Source: Babesia bigemina | Taxonomy: Eukaryota | Reading direction: 5' to 3' | Length of the DNA: 64,000 nucleotides | Assembly (NCBI RefSeq): GCF_000981445.1 | Contig: NC_027219.1 | Location: 248,001-312,000, forward strand | Shown: piece by piece, positions 49,865-59,739 of the stretch | Position numbering within the stretch: position 1 is the first letter of the stretch | Layout: the number at the start of each line of letters is the position of its first letter | Program-made: the position numbers and the translations under genes | The notes under the pieces: model-generated | What the model saw: only the letters and a program-made list of their open reading frames with translations | What the model was told of the DNA's origin: nothing | Database searches by the model: none

Positions 49865-50347
49865 CTGATGGCATATATCAAACCCAGAAAGCTTGCTTTG
49901 TTTACGCCGTTTTTGAGGTTGAATAGTCCGACATCTGTGCAAATACGTGTCCTTGGCGCCATCACATACATATTGATAGGTCACGCCTTGTATCCATCGG
50001 CATCGGCTGCACGATATGCACCCTCCGGTAGCGTACATATTGGGTAATGCACATTTGCCACTGGGAACTGCCTTTCACTGGCGTTTTAAGAAGCAAGACC
50101 TCTACACTATTCCTTAGACCTATAATTTCACAATCTATCCACATATAAATAATCATCTTTGGCAGTGTAAGGATCATTAGTGTCATGGAAGTCAAGGATA
50201 CTAACTGCGATGAAAGATTAAGTTGGCAAGTGATTGAATTCCCTGGTGTCACTAGCGTCATACCAAACAGCCGTCCGGCATTTTTGGTCAAGCTGTGATG
50301 CGAAACTACGCCAGGGCGGCGCCAATTGCTCGTACACCCGAACAAAC
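49865..50347 (-). pseudogene. Decayed 483-nt exon containing repeat copy 2 (49895-50338)
   Basis: Bounded by acceptor TTGTAG| and donor AG|GTATGC; protein-like frame FVRVYEQLAPPW...GLIYAI with 5 in-frame stops. Confidence 0.6.
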
Positions 50348-50616
50348 CTACAATTGTAAAACCTTATGAATAAACGTCAGGCGTTGTCGCACGTATCGTA
50401 GACGCAGTTGAATAAGTACCACATTGAAACAATACATCGCATTGCATCAATTGAGCGCACAAATAGAAGCACAGAACTGCAGCTCGATAACTCATACGGC
50501 AGCAACAGGGTGAGCGAAATTTGTATACATTACATTGTCGATAACGTGCCGATATTGGAAATATTTCGTGAGAGTTCAAATGATGCCAAGTAAGCGGCAT
50601 CCAGACTCATATTCTC

Positions 50617-51987
50617 TTACTTCTGCTTTGCTTTTGTAGGTGCAGCAGATTTTGTAGGTACAACGGTTTTGGCGGCTGCAACAGGTTCAGCAGGCTTGGC
50701 AGGTACAGCAGGTTTAGCAGGTTCAGCAGCCTTAGCAGGTTCAGCAGCCTTAGCGGGTTCAGCAGCCTTAGCGGGTTCAGCAGCCTTAGCAGGTTCAGCA
50801 GCCTTAGCAGGTTCAGCAGCCTTAGCAGGTTCAGCAGCCTTAGCAGGTTCAGCAGCCTTAGCGGGTTCAGCAGCCTTAGCAGGTTCAGCAGCCTTAGCAG
50901 GTTCAGCAGGCTTGGCAGATTTTTCATCGTCTGCGGGTTTTTCAACCACGACATCTGAAGATTTGACATCCTCAGCGTCGTCTGCGTCCTCAGCAGCCTT
51001 AGCTTCTTCAGCAGCAGCTCTTGCGGCCGCTGCCGCAGCTTTTGCAGCCTCAAAGGCTTGGTCGGCTTCAGCAGCTTTTGCGGCTTGTTCAGCTGTTATA
51101 GCACCCATAACATCGAATCCGTAAAAAGCCCAAAATCCAGAAAGGTCATATACTATTTCCAATATGCGTGCCTTCACACCTCTCAACGCCTTTCTGACAC
51201 CTGAACGGCTCAGTCCCTCGCGGCGATCCGCCTCTTCGTAACCCAAAGCTTTCAACACGGCTGCCAGACGCGTCTGTAGATCAGAGTTTGGATATTTCCA
51301 GGTTGGAGCATGGGTTATGTCGCGCAAAGAACGTAGTCCTGTGTATAACATAGGCGCACTACCGACGAGCACCACTGCACATGCTTCCGGCTTTTTCGAA
51401 CATGATTTGACCCACGTCGCATCTGCACTGTATGCAGACTTGTACTGCTCAGGATTTTTCACATCATCCAAAAACTTTTCACAACTGTCCAGCACTTGAC
51501 CTAAGTTCTTTGCGATTTCATTAGGGCCAAGGCGCGTTCTCTCCACGATATTCTCATAATCGCTGAGAGCGATGTGCCCAAAGGCCTCAGCTGCGGAAGG
51601 GGAAGACTTAGAAGACTTCGGAGAATCGGGTGAATCAGGAGACTTCGGAGACTCAGATGAATCGGGAGATTCGGATGAATCTGGAGTCTTGGGAGAACCA
51701 GACGAACTAGGCGTACCTTCACCACCTTTATTGAATCTCCGAAGCAGATATTTTACGAACGACTCGTCCTTAAGCTCCGGCTGCTCCAAGAACTCTTTGG
51801 AAATACGTTTAACATTCTCGAGAGCCGGCACCTCTGTCAAACCAACAGGCTTGTCAGAAAGAAAGTTATGCAGTGCTTCACTTATAGCTTTCAGACTTTT
51901 TTCACCGTCAGTTCCCTTCAACGCCATCAACCAGTCAATAACCTCCTTGAGGTTGCGGGGAGCCTCAGTCAGCGAGTTGTACACCAT
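50617..51987 (-). CDS. Babesia VESA-like N-terminal-domain family protein with Ala/Glu/Pro/Lys repeat tail
   Basis: MVYNSLTEAPRNLKEVIDWLMAL; YKSAYS..ATW; D.SGFWAFY; paralog of 55269-56543. Confidence 0.8.
   Translation of the reverse strand: MVYNSLTEAPRNLKEVIDWLMALKGTDGEKSLKAISEALHNFLSDKPVGLTEVPALENVKRISKEFLEQPELKDESFVKYLLRRFNKGGEGTPSSSGSPKTPDSSESPDSSESPKSPDSPDSPKSSKSSPSAAEAFGHIALSDYENIVERTRLGPNEIAKNLGQVLDSCEKFLDDVKNPEQYKSAYSADATWVKSCSKKPEACAVVLVGSAPMLYTGLRSLRDITHAPTWKYPNSDLQTRLAAVLKALGYEEADRREGLSRSGVRKALRGVKARILEIVYDLSGFWAFYGFDVMGAITAEQAAKAAEADQAFEAAKAAAAAARAAAEEAKAAEDADDAEDVKSSDVVVEKPADDEKSAKPAEPAKAAEPAKAAEPAKAAEPAKAAEPAKAAEPAKAAEPAKAAEPAKAAEPAKAAEPAKAAEPAKPAVPAKPAEPVAAAKTVVPTKSAAPTKAKQK
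50680..50917 (-). repeat. 18-bp coding tandem repeat (AEPAKA): 11 near-perfect units plus about 2 degenerate ones
   Basis: GGTTCAGC recurs every 18 bp from 50720 to 50900. Confidence 0.97.
51600..51712 (-). repeat. Degenerate Ser/Pro/Asp triplet-repeat insert (SPDSSE-like)
   Basis: SPKTPDSSESPDSSESPKSPDSPDSPKSSKSSP; absent from the paralog at 55269. Confidence 0.75.
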
Positions 51988-54061
51988 TTTGAAAAAGCCT
52001 TTAAATTAGCCGGATTCTACGAACGTGTAGCTTGTTCGCCTATTTGCAGGACATAACATAAAACAGGTCAGATATTTAACCACCTGTATTTCAATGGCTG
52101 GGTAGCACAACGCAAGTGCCGTTGCCTTCTAATCCCCTAGTACCTTATTGAAGTCCTCTAAATAGCCTGCACACAGAAAAATTTATAGAAGGCTTAACCA
52201 CGACCAAGCTGCCGTATGGCAGTCAGCTCTAGGCAACTAACGTGGCATGCAAAACTTTAAGCGCGAGTCATTGGCGTGAACAGTTTTCAGGTAAAAGTAG
52301 CAGATATTAAGCTGTATATGATAGGAAAATATTTAACAATGATACTATATAAAACAAATGTTACGATTGGTAGCGATTATCGCATTACAGCCTATGCTAT
52401 CCAAAGAAGCCTGTTGTTGGTCGACGTCGCAGTCGTTCACTCAGGATCTTAAACGCTCAGTTTACAGTCTTGCTCATTTGAATCACATGTTTGTTGATGT
52501 CAGTTGTAGCATCAGACCTATAGTGTGCCTTTTGGCCTATATCGATGGCACGTTGCGATGCAATCATTCGCTATCACCCCCTCCCAAAATGCCGACCATA
52601 CGAGACTGACTATTACTGCATAATTCAGCGCATGACTGTGTTTGGTTCAACTCTGTATGCGCGTAAGGCGGTGTGTGCATATATGGCCGTACGAAACTAG
52701 GTTCCGAATAGGTGATCTGGTTCACTTGGCGATGGTCCAACGTTGCTATGTAAATCCTGATTCGGAAATTTTGAGACTCCCGCACAGAGTCTCAGACGGC
52801 CAATGCGAATCTGGACTTCGCCATCGGCGTGAACGTCTGGGTGGCTGAACTGCGATCTACCACATAGTATTTTTGTATCAACCCCTCAACCGTATGTTAA
52901 TTTGCATATCAGCGGACGTTACTATGTCCCCTCATCCCACTGCCAGTTTGACGTTACATCTCCATATTGCGCTCGTTAAGTATGTGCGTGAAGTAGTATC
53001 TCTTAATCTTTACTCCTAACAGTATGGTCTCTCAGTGCAATCTTAGTCTAATCCAGGTAACGACTGGACACAGGAAGGGTGTTATATACCAGCTGGTTGA
53101 GTTTTGTGCAACGTAGCTGATTGTCATTGTTACGGTTACGTAGAATGGAGCACATCTGGGTATGCTACCGGGCCCATTCCTGTAACTCACCTGGTAGCGG
53201 CATTGCGCTATGATTCACGACACTTCCACCTTCAGATGACCAGCTAATCATATCATTTTACACATAATCGCATACCACATAGTCCCTTTTTGTGTCGATG
53301 TTGGCACGAAAAAGGGCATTCTGAACTCCTCAGCGCAAACAACGTCAAACACATTATGGGCATGACATATATTGCTCTTATTTCACTAACTTGCAGTATG
53401 AAATACGTTTTTTCATTTTTTATTGCTCTAAATGTTCTTAACATTTCACTAAGGCGTTGCAGTGGTTCATCATACCCGTCCCATCAACCCTTGTAATTTG
53501 ACTTACTAAGGTGAGAACTTGCATATCGAACTTCTCGATTGCCAAGTGATTTAGTGTATATTCGCAAAGTAGCTGACGTGGAACGCTGTGGAGATGAAAT
53601 AAAAATGACGTCATACCGCCTTTTCTTTACACCATTCGACTACCACGGGCACGCACTGATGGTTGATCCTCACCAACACTGGTAGATTCAGTAACGTTCG
53701 ATTAAAGTTAGGAGGTGGCATTCGTAGTTGCTTGTTTAGGATGTGGCCGGTTTTTCAAATCCTGGGCCAATACGCCAATGGAGATATTCCACCTGCCACA
53801 TCATCACAGCGCTCGAAGGAGCGCAATTATTTGGTGATACTTAAATACATTTTACCATACCAATCTCGTCCATTAACAATCACACTACTTGTAAATGTCA
53901 TTGATTGCAATAGGACAAGTTGCTTAGATTTATCACCGCAATTACCACATCATACCATCAAGCAATCTTGCCACTGGAAACAGCATACCAACACAGCGAC
54001 CAAGATGAAATATGACAATTAAAGTGTGTCATTGTCAAACCAGTGACCAAATCTGTGATAC

Positions 54062-54468
54062 TCATTGCTTGGCGTAGTAGTTTTCAAACTGGATGGTAGA
54101 CAGGACGATGCTCTTGATGGTCACGCAGCGGCACTCCAATGGCGGTCTTTGCCACAGGGTCTCCCCCAGTCCAATGAGTTCACTGTCGAATAGCAAGGTG
54201 ACGAAGTGATTGGAATGTGATGCTACTAAAGACTTACTGATGTCGCTTAGGTTCTTCACCTCACCCTCCACTAACACTTGGTTGAAGCAGTCAGGTGGGT
54301 CGAGAATGTAAGGCGTTGGGCAGTAGCAAGTGGCTTCTTTAGCGATCTGAATGTCGATTTTGCAACCAATTTCTCGCCCTTCCGCATTGTAGAGTTTGGG
54401 TGTTTCAGGATTGAACAACTCATACGATTAGTACGTTACACCGCAGCCTTGCATGTAGGGGTCTGTGA
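54062..54468 (-). pseudogene. 5'-truncated pseudogene of the Babesia 6-Cys (s48/45-like) domain family C-terminus
   Basis: TDPYMQGCGVTY*SYELFNPETP...GCKIDI...CYCPTPYILDPPDCF...PPLECRC...YYAKQ; in-frame TAA at 54428-54430. Confidence 0.75.
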
Positions 54469-55268
54469 CCACTACAGCAACTAGATGGCGTAAATCACGC
54501 ATCTCACACCTACAGTATGATGCGATATCCCGATGATATCAACACCCGACCCAATCCAGAGAGCCACATCGCACAGTATGCACTCTGGAACAAGAATTAA
54601 TTCGGCCGCAGACCAGGTATAGCCAGTAACATTACACAAATTGCACAATGCCTTTTTACATGTTCATTTAGTGTTGCAGTGACTTAGTTGCCATTCACCG
54701 GCGTAGGCCAATGGTAACAGAGGAATGAGACCCAGTTGGCGAATTTGGGTGTTGGCTCATCCGCCGGGTGAGTGGGTGGTTAGATGAGGTGAATTGGCGT
54801 ACACGTGTCACCCTATAAGTATTGGACCTTGTCTGGGTGTACTCATCAGCCACAAACACTTATGGTCAAGCCTTTGGTAAGACTTGAAATCGTAACCTCA
54901 AACTGCACCCCCTAGCAGAGCCTTTGAGGGGCGCCCCGCAAACATGGCTACCCACTTATTCGTTACCCCGCAAGAGTTGCAACGAGCGTGCACACAATGC
55001 CAGTCTATGTCGGGTATCCACATTTTCAGAGTTTGAGTGGAAGTGACTGCAATTTGATGGAGATTATGCTGGCACCATAACCAGTCATAGTTTAGTTAAC
55101 CGTGATTAGCAAGCACGTTAAGGAGCAGCCAGCATTGAAAGCACGCTTACGAGAGCGTACCTTGAGAGCAGCCGGGTTGTGTATCTCTACCTGAAGACGG
55201 TACTTTGAGGTTCAGGTACACTGCTAATTTTTCTCCGCCGCACTGCTTTTGAATCCGTCACGCGCAAG

Positions 55269-56543
55269 ATGGCAGTGTCAGCAGCAGAGAATGAACAAAA
55301 CTATCAGGCAGTGAGTGATTCTACGGGCTGCAATAGTCATGCGAAACACAACGAGGATGAGAATTACGACGAGGATGAGAATTACGACGAGGATGAGAAT
55401 TACGAGGATGGGAATTACGACGAGGATGGGAATGAGGGAATGCTGATGGATATTAGCGAAATGAAGGCAACGCTGAAGGATATGAGGGAAATGATGGCGT
55501 CGCTGAAGGATAATAGGGAAATGAAGGAGATAGCTGAGACGATGAAATCGTTAGTAGACTTGTTGCAGCGTGGCGCGTTACACAAAGACGTCGTTGTTCC
55601 ATGCGAGTTGAAAACGCCACATTCGGATGGTGGCACAGCGACCTCACCGTCCGGTGGCGGTCAACAGCAGTTGTGTTCTGCTCCTCCGCAATCACAAGAT
55701 GCCAGTTCACAAGCTCAGTCGTTAAACATACCCGAAACTTGTGTGGTTAAAAAATCGCCTAATTTAACGGCCCATCAACGCGTGGTATACAATTCGTTGA
55801 CCAATGTCCCTCGCAACTTCAAGGAGGCTGTTGACTGGTTGATTGCCGTGAGGGGAGACGATGCTGAGCGCAATTTGGCAACATTGGGCGCGGCGATTTA
55901 CGATTTATACGTACATATGTCAGGCAGATCCACAGAGTGGTCAAATCTAGATAAAGCCATACGCTTTTCTATAGACTTCTTAGAGCAAGAGAAGCTTAAC
56001 AAGCATGTGTTTGTAAACATGATTCTGTTCCTCCTGGATCAGCGTCTGCTGGTAACACCCAATATACTAACTACGACCGTTGTCTCCGAAGACGATACGG
56101 AGAACGAGAAGTACTTACAAACCAAGGGTCTCACTGCTGACACCATCGCAGAAAAGCTATGTTACGTCGTGGATGCTTGTGCGAAGTTCCTGGGAAGAAT
56201 AAAGAACCGCAGTCACTACAAGTCTGCTTACAGTCCGCAGGCGACGTGGGATGCGTCATTTTCGGCTCATCCGGAAAACGGCGCAGTAATCTTCGTGGGA
56301 ATGGCGCCAATGTTAGTTGCAAGCTTATTATCTTTGAAATCTGCTTCTTCAGCTCCGAAATCGAGATTTCAGTCTTTGATTGCGTATAAGCGTATGCAGG
56401 AGTTGATAGAAGCCTTGGGTTACGTAGAGCCACAACGCCGCACTGGCATGACGGCTTCGTATGTTGGCCGTGCTTTGGGCGGTTTTAGATACGAGACAAT
56501 TTACTTCATTTTCAACCTCGCTGGTTTCTGGGCTTTCTACTGA
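55269..56543 (+). CDS. VESA-like family paralog with a 171-aa acidic, repeat-rich N-terminal extension
   Basis: VVYNSLTNVPRNFKEAVDWLIAV...YKSAYSPQATW...LAGFWAFY* aligns to 50617-51987. Confidence 0.8.
   Translation: MAVSAAENEQNYQAVSDSTGCNSHAKHNEDENYDEDENYDEDENYEDGNYDEDGNEGMLMDISEMKATLKDMREMMASLKDNREMKEIAETMKSLVDLLQRGALHKDVVVPCELKTPHSDGGTATSPSGGGQQQLCSAPPQSQDASSQAQSLNIPETCVVKKSPNLTAHQRVVYNSLTNVPRNFKEAVDWLIAVRGDDAERNLATLGAAIYDLYVHMSGRSTEWSNLDKAIRFSIDFLEQEKLNKHVFVNMILFLLDQRLLVTPNILTTTVVSEDDTENEKYLQTKGLTADTIAEKLCYVVDACAKFLGRIKNRSHYKSAYSPQATWDASFSAHPENGAVIFVGMAPMLVASLLSLKSASSAPKSRFQSLIAYKRMQELIEALGYVEPQRRTGMTASYVGRALGGFRYETIYFIFNLAGFWAFY
55351..55530 (+). repeat. Coding repeats: about 5 x 15-18 bp (EDENYD), then about 2.3 x 30 bp (EMKATLKDMR/EMMASLKDNR)
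   Basis: GAGGATGAGAATTACGAC units and GAAATGA.GGC..CGCTGAAGGATA units. Confidence 0.9.
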
Positions 56544-57873
56544 GTAGGGCATGCAATAGTTGGATAAGCCGCCACGCATTGCTTCTGAGCCCGCAGCACC
56601 AGTGGGTTGGCATCTCTTCACCACTCACGAAACATTCTAAGTTTTTGAAATGCAGTGTTAGCAAGCTTTGTGAATACGGTCTTCATCCACTGCACTGGCG
56701 TCAAAAACAACTATGGGCGTTTCGTGAGTCGAGCTCGTGACGCAATTAGACCTGCGTTCATGCAGCTCCATACAACGAAATGTCTGCATACCCAACTCCA
56801 TGTGGCAACCGACAGTTCAACAACAAAGCTGAGCACTACTCCACATCACCTTGGGCGAACGAGATATCAATAACGCTTTGCAAATACTGCCGTGATACAC
56901 GTCACGTGAATGCGAAACGCCTTTTCACTTCAAGGCGCATTAACACATAGTTGTATCATCACAGGACAGCTTAATATTTGGTCCCGGTAGCTCCCATGAA
57001 TCTACATACTGGTATTTCGTGGAGAAAATGCGGGAATGGTGTTACTGCGTATCGATGTACAGTTTGCGTTTTTGAGCTCTGTATCGCCCGCTTGCCATCA
57101 CAAGTAATATGGTGCTAAACGGCAAGTCAAGTGAGCAATAGCAGTGATGGCGAACACGTTCGCCAACAGGACAACATGGATCCCGCAACCGGTTTCAGCG
57201 TGAGGCGTTAGCCCCGCAGAATCGAAAACCGGCCCAAGGCACGTAGCCACATTGCAAGCTATAATATGAGATAACATAATAATAATAATAATGAGCGGCT
57301 GATGACGTTTTTGTTCTCATCAACCGATTAGACCGCCTTGCCAGACATTGTTGCGCACGGAAGGAAACAATACAATCATCGTTTAGTTCACTATTAGCAG
57401 CCGATGTGGGATTGTCGAGGCTTTTACTGAAAAATAGTGGAATTTCAAGGTGTTTGAGGAACACAAATGAAACTGATTCTATTAATAGATGAAGTTGCAG
57501 TTGTCACCGCGTGACGGCGTGGCAGCCAGTACTAACGAAACGGCACGGTATTGCCATATGCAACTCTTCCGAATCCATAACTATGTGATGTTAATAAGAC
57601 AGAGCATTACGAATCGCGATGACCATAATCAGACAGGACGTACGATACCGAGAAGTATTGCACGACACACCATTGAGTAATGCAACAGCATGTATCTGGA
57701 AATATTTGCCCGTAGCGTGCGACACGCCAGATACTAGCAAGGATTAGAATCGGCAACGGCCGTACACAGCTACTCACCGCACAGCATACAACCAGTAAAA
57801 GAATTAATTAGAAAGGTAAATTAAATGTATGCTACACTAGTACGGTAATCATCACATATTTGAGCTGACGAAT

Positions 57874-59662
57874 TCAGGATTGATTCTGCATCATCAGACT
57901 CGTGCTGACATTGCCCTCGACAAGGGCGTTGTACGACCTAACCTCGAACCGCACGGAGCCGCTGTAGAGACCCTCGTGCAGAGACTTGATGTCGTAGCAA
58001 CCAATGTTCTGCATACCGTGCTTGACAGCTTGCAGCATGGTGGGAATGAGTGTGCTGATGCTACCTTTGTCGGAGGTGTACCCCGCGACCCCCTGGGAGA
58101 CCATGGGCTGGTCCTCCTCCATGTGATAGCGGCGGATGCTACCCCTGTCGCCGGTCTTCTGGCGCGCGCTCATGAACGCCGCCTTGCTGCCCATGCCACG
58201 GTACTGCTTAACGCGGATTCCGTTGTGGTAGAAGAAATCACCGGGACTTTCGATGGTGCCGGCGATCGCTCCTCCCAACATGCAGCAGCTTGCGCCAAGT
58301 GCCAGTGCCTTCATGATGTCACCTGAGCTGCGGATACCACCGTCCGCAATAACGGGACAGCCATGGCCGTATTCGCGCGCATACCGTGATACGTAGAATA
58401 CCGCCGTGGCCTGAGGCCTTCCCACACCGCAAACACCCTGAGTCGAGCAGATGGAGCCACAACCCATGCCGACACGGAGGCCGTCAACACCGGCATCGAT
58501 GAGGTTTTTAGCCTGCCTTCCGGTTACCACATTGCCACCAATGACCTGGATTTCCGGGTTCGCCTGCTTCAGCTGTTTGATTAGGTCGATCTGGTAGACG
58601 CTGTTGCCCTGGCTGGAGTCGATAACCAATACGTCAGCGCCGGCCTCGATCAACTTGGCTGCTCTCTCCAACGCACCAGCCCTGCAAAATGTGTGGATGG
58701 TAGGCGATCACTCACCTCGTGGAAATGGCAACTCCGACGAGCAGCTGCATGTGCTCGTTCTTGGCAGCTATTGGGAACTTGCGGTTCTTCTTGATGTCGC
58801 TACGGCTGACAATGGACACAAGCTCGCCCTTGTCGTTCACGATGGGGAGTATACCTTTCTTGATGTCGCAGAGGATCGTGTTGGCCTCCTGGAGCGTGAG
58901 AGGGTGCTTTCCCACGATTGGGTCGCGTGTCATGACCTCCGAAATTTTGGTCGATTTGTCCTGGACGAAGCACACATCACCGCTGGTGACGATACCCTCC
59001 AGTTTCGAGTCACGTTTTCCGTCCGTGGTAATGGGTATCGATTTGAAACCGTACTTGTCCCTTATGGCCATCCAATCGCCGACGGTGTGGTTCGGTGTCA
59101 ATACATAGGGGTCGACGATGAACCCATTTTCAAAGCGCTTGACCTTACGCACCTCTTCTATCAATTCCTCCTGAGTCAGGTTGTTGTGGATGATTCCAAT
59201 GCCCCTGCAACCGATGATCGCCCGTATAAAGTGTTGCCGAACGTGTATGAACAAGGACCGCCACGAGTGCATAAAAGTCACTCAACGCAGTTGCACACAC
59301 AAGATTCCTGCGTATAACCACCAGAACATCCGCTAAGTAACTGAGTTCGTGATTACTTACCCCTGCAGCGCTATCTCGACGGCCATCTTGGACTCGGTGA
59401 CCGTGTCCATGGGCGAGGAGACAACTGGCGCGCTAAGGCGGATTTTCCGTGTGAGATTAGTCGAGAGGTTGACATTGGTGTTAGGACCCGATATGTAGTC
59501 TGTACCGTGATTAGTGCTGCCAAGACGGTACCGCGACGCTGCCGCTCAGACGGCATGCCGCGATGAAGAAGGCGGCTCACCTGGAAGCAAAATCAGGTCA
59601 TCGTAGGTGTAACCAATTGTGGTGGTGTCGAATATTTCAGCGGCGCTCGAACCGTCAGCCAT
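57874..59662 (-). CDS. IMPDH: Inosine-5'-monophosphate dehydrogenase, eukaryotic type, 4 exons
   Basis: [24 protein letters not shown] pair, IDSSQGNS, catalytic [16 protein letters not shown]. Confidence 0.97.
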
Positions 59663-59739
59663 CTTTGCAACAACGATAATGACAATGAATAGGGTGTGTC
59701 AGCGGTGACTGTATGATGCACTATTATTGGGAGCGTGGC

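Noticed and set aside
49865..50347. Stop-codon reassignment or readthrough explaining the in-frame stops
   Set aside because: All three stop types occur, some differ between copies, and neighbouring genes use all three stops normally
50607..51124. LRLLNL and AALAGS repeat ORFs, or a CRISPR-like array
   Set aside because: Alternative frames of the AEPAKA minisatellite; the units are contiguous with no spacers
52642..52848. Retroelement remnant (FRIGDLVHL)
   Set aside because: Single short motif with no RT, integrase or LTR evidence
57275..57292. (TAA)n microsatellite
   Set aside because: Short, ordinary intergenic simple repeat
57874..59662. Bacterial-type, horizontally acquired IMPDH as in Cryptosporidium
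   Set aside because: The DSSQGNS motif and the introns indicate the eukaryotic type
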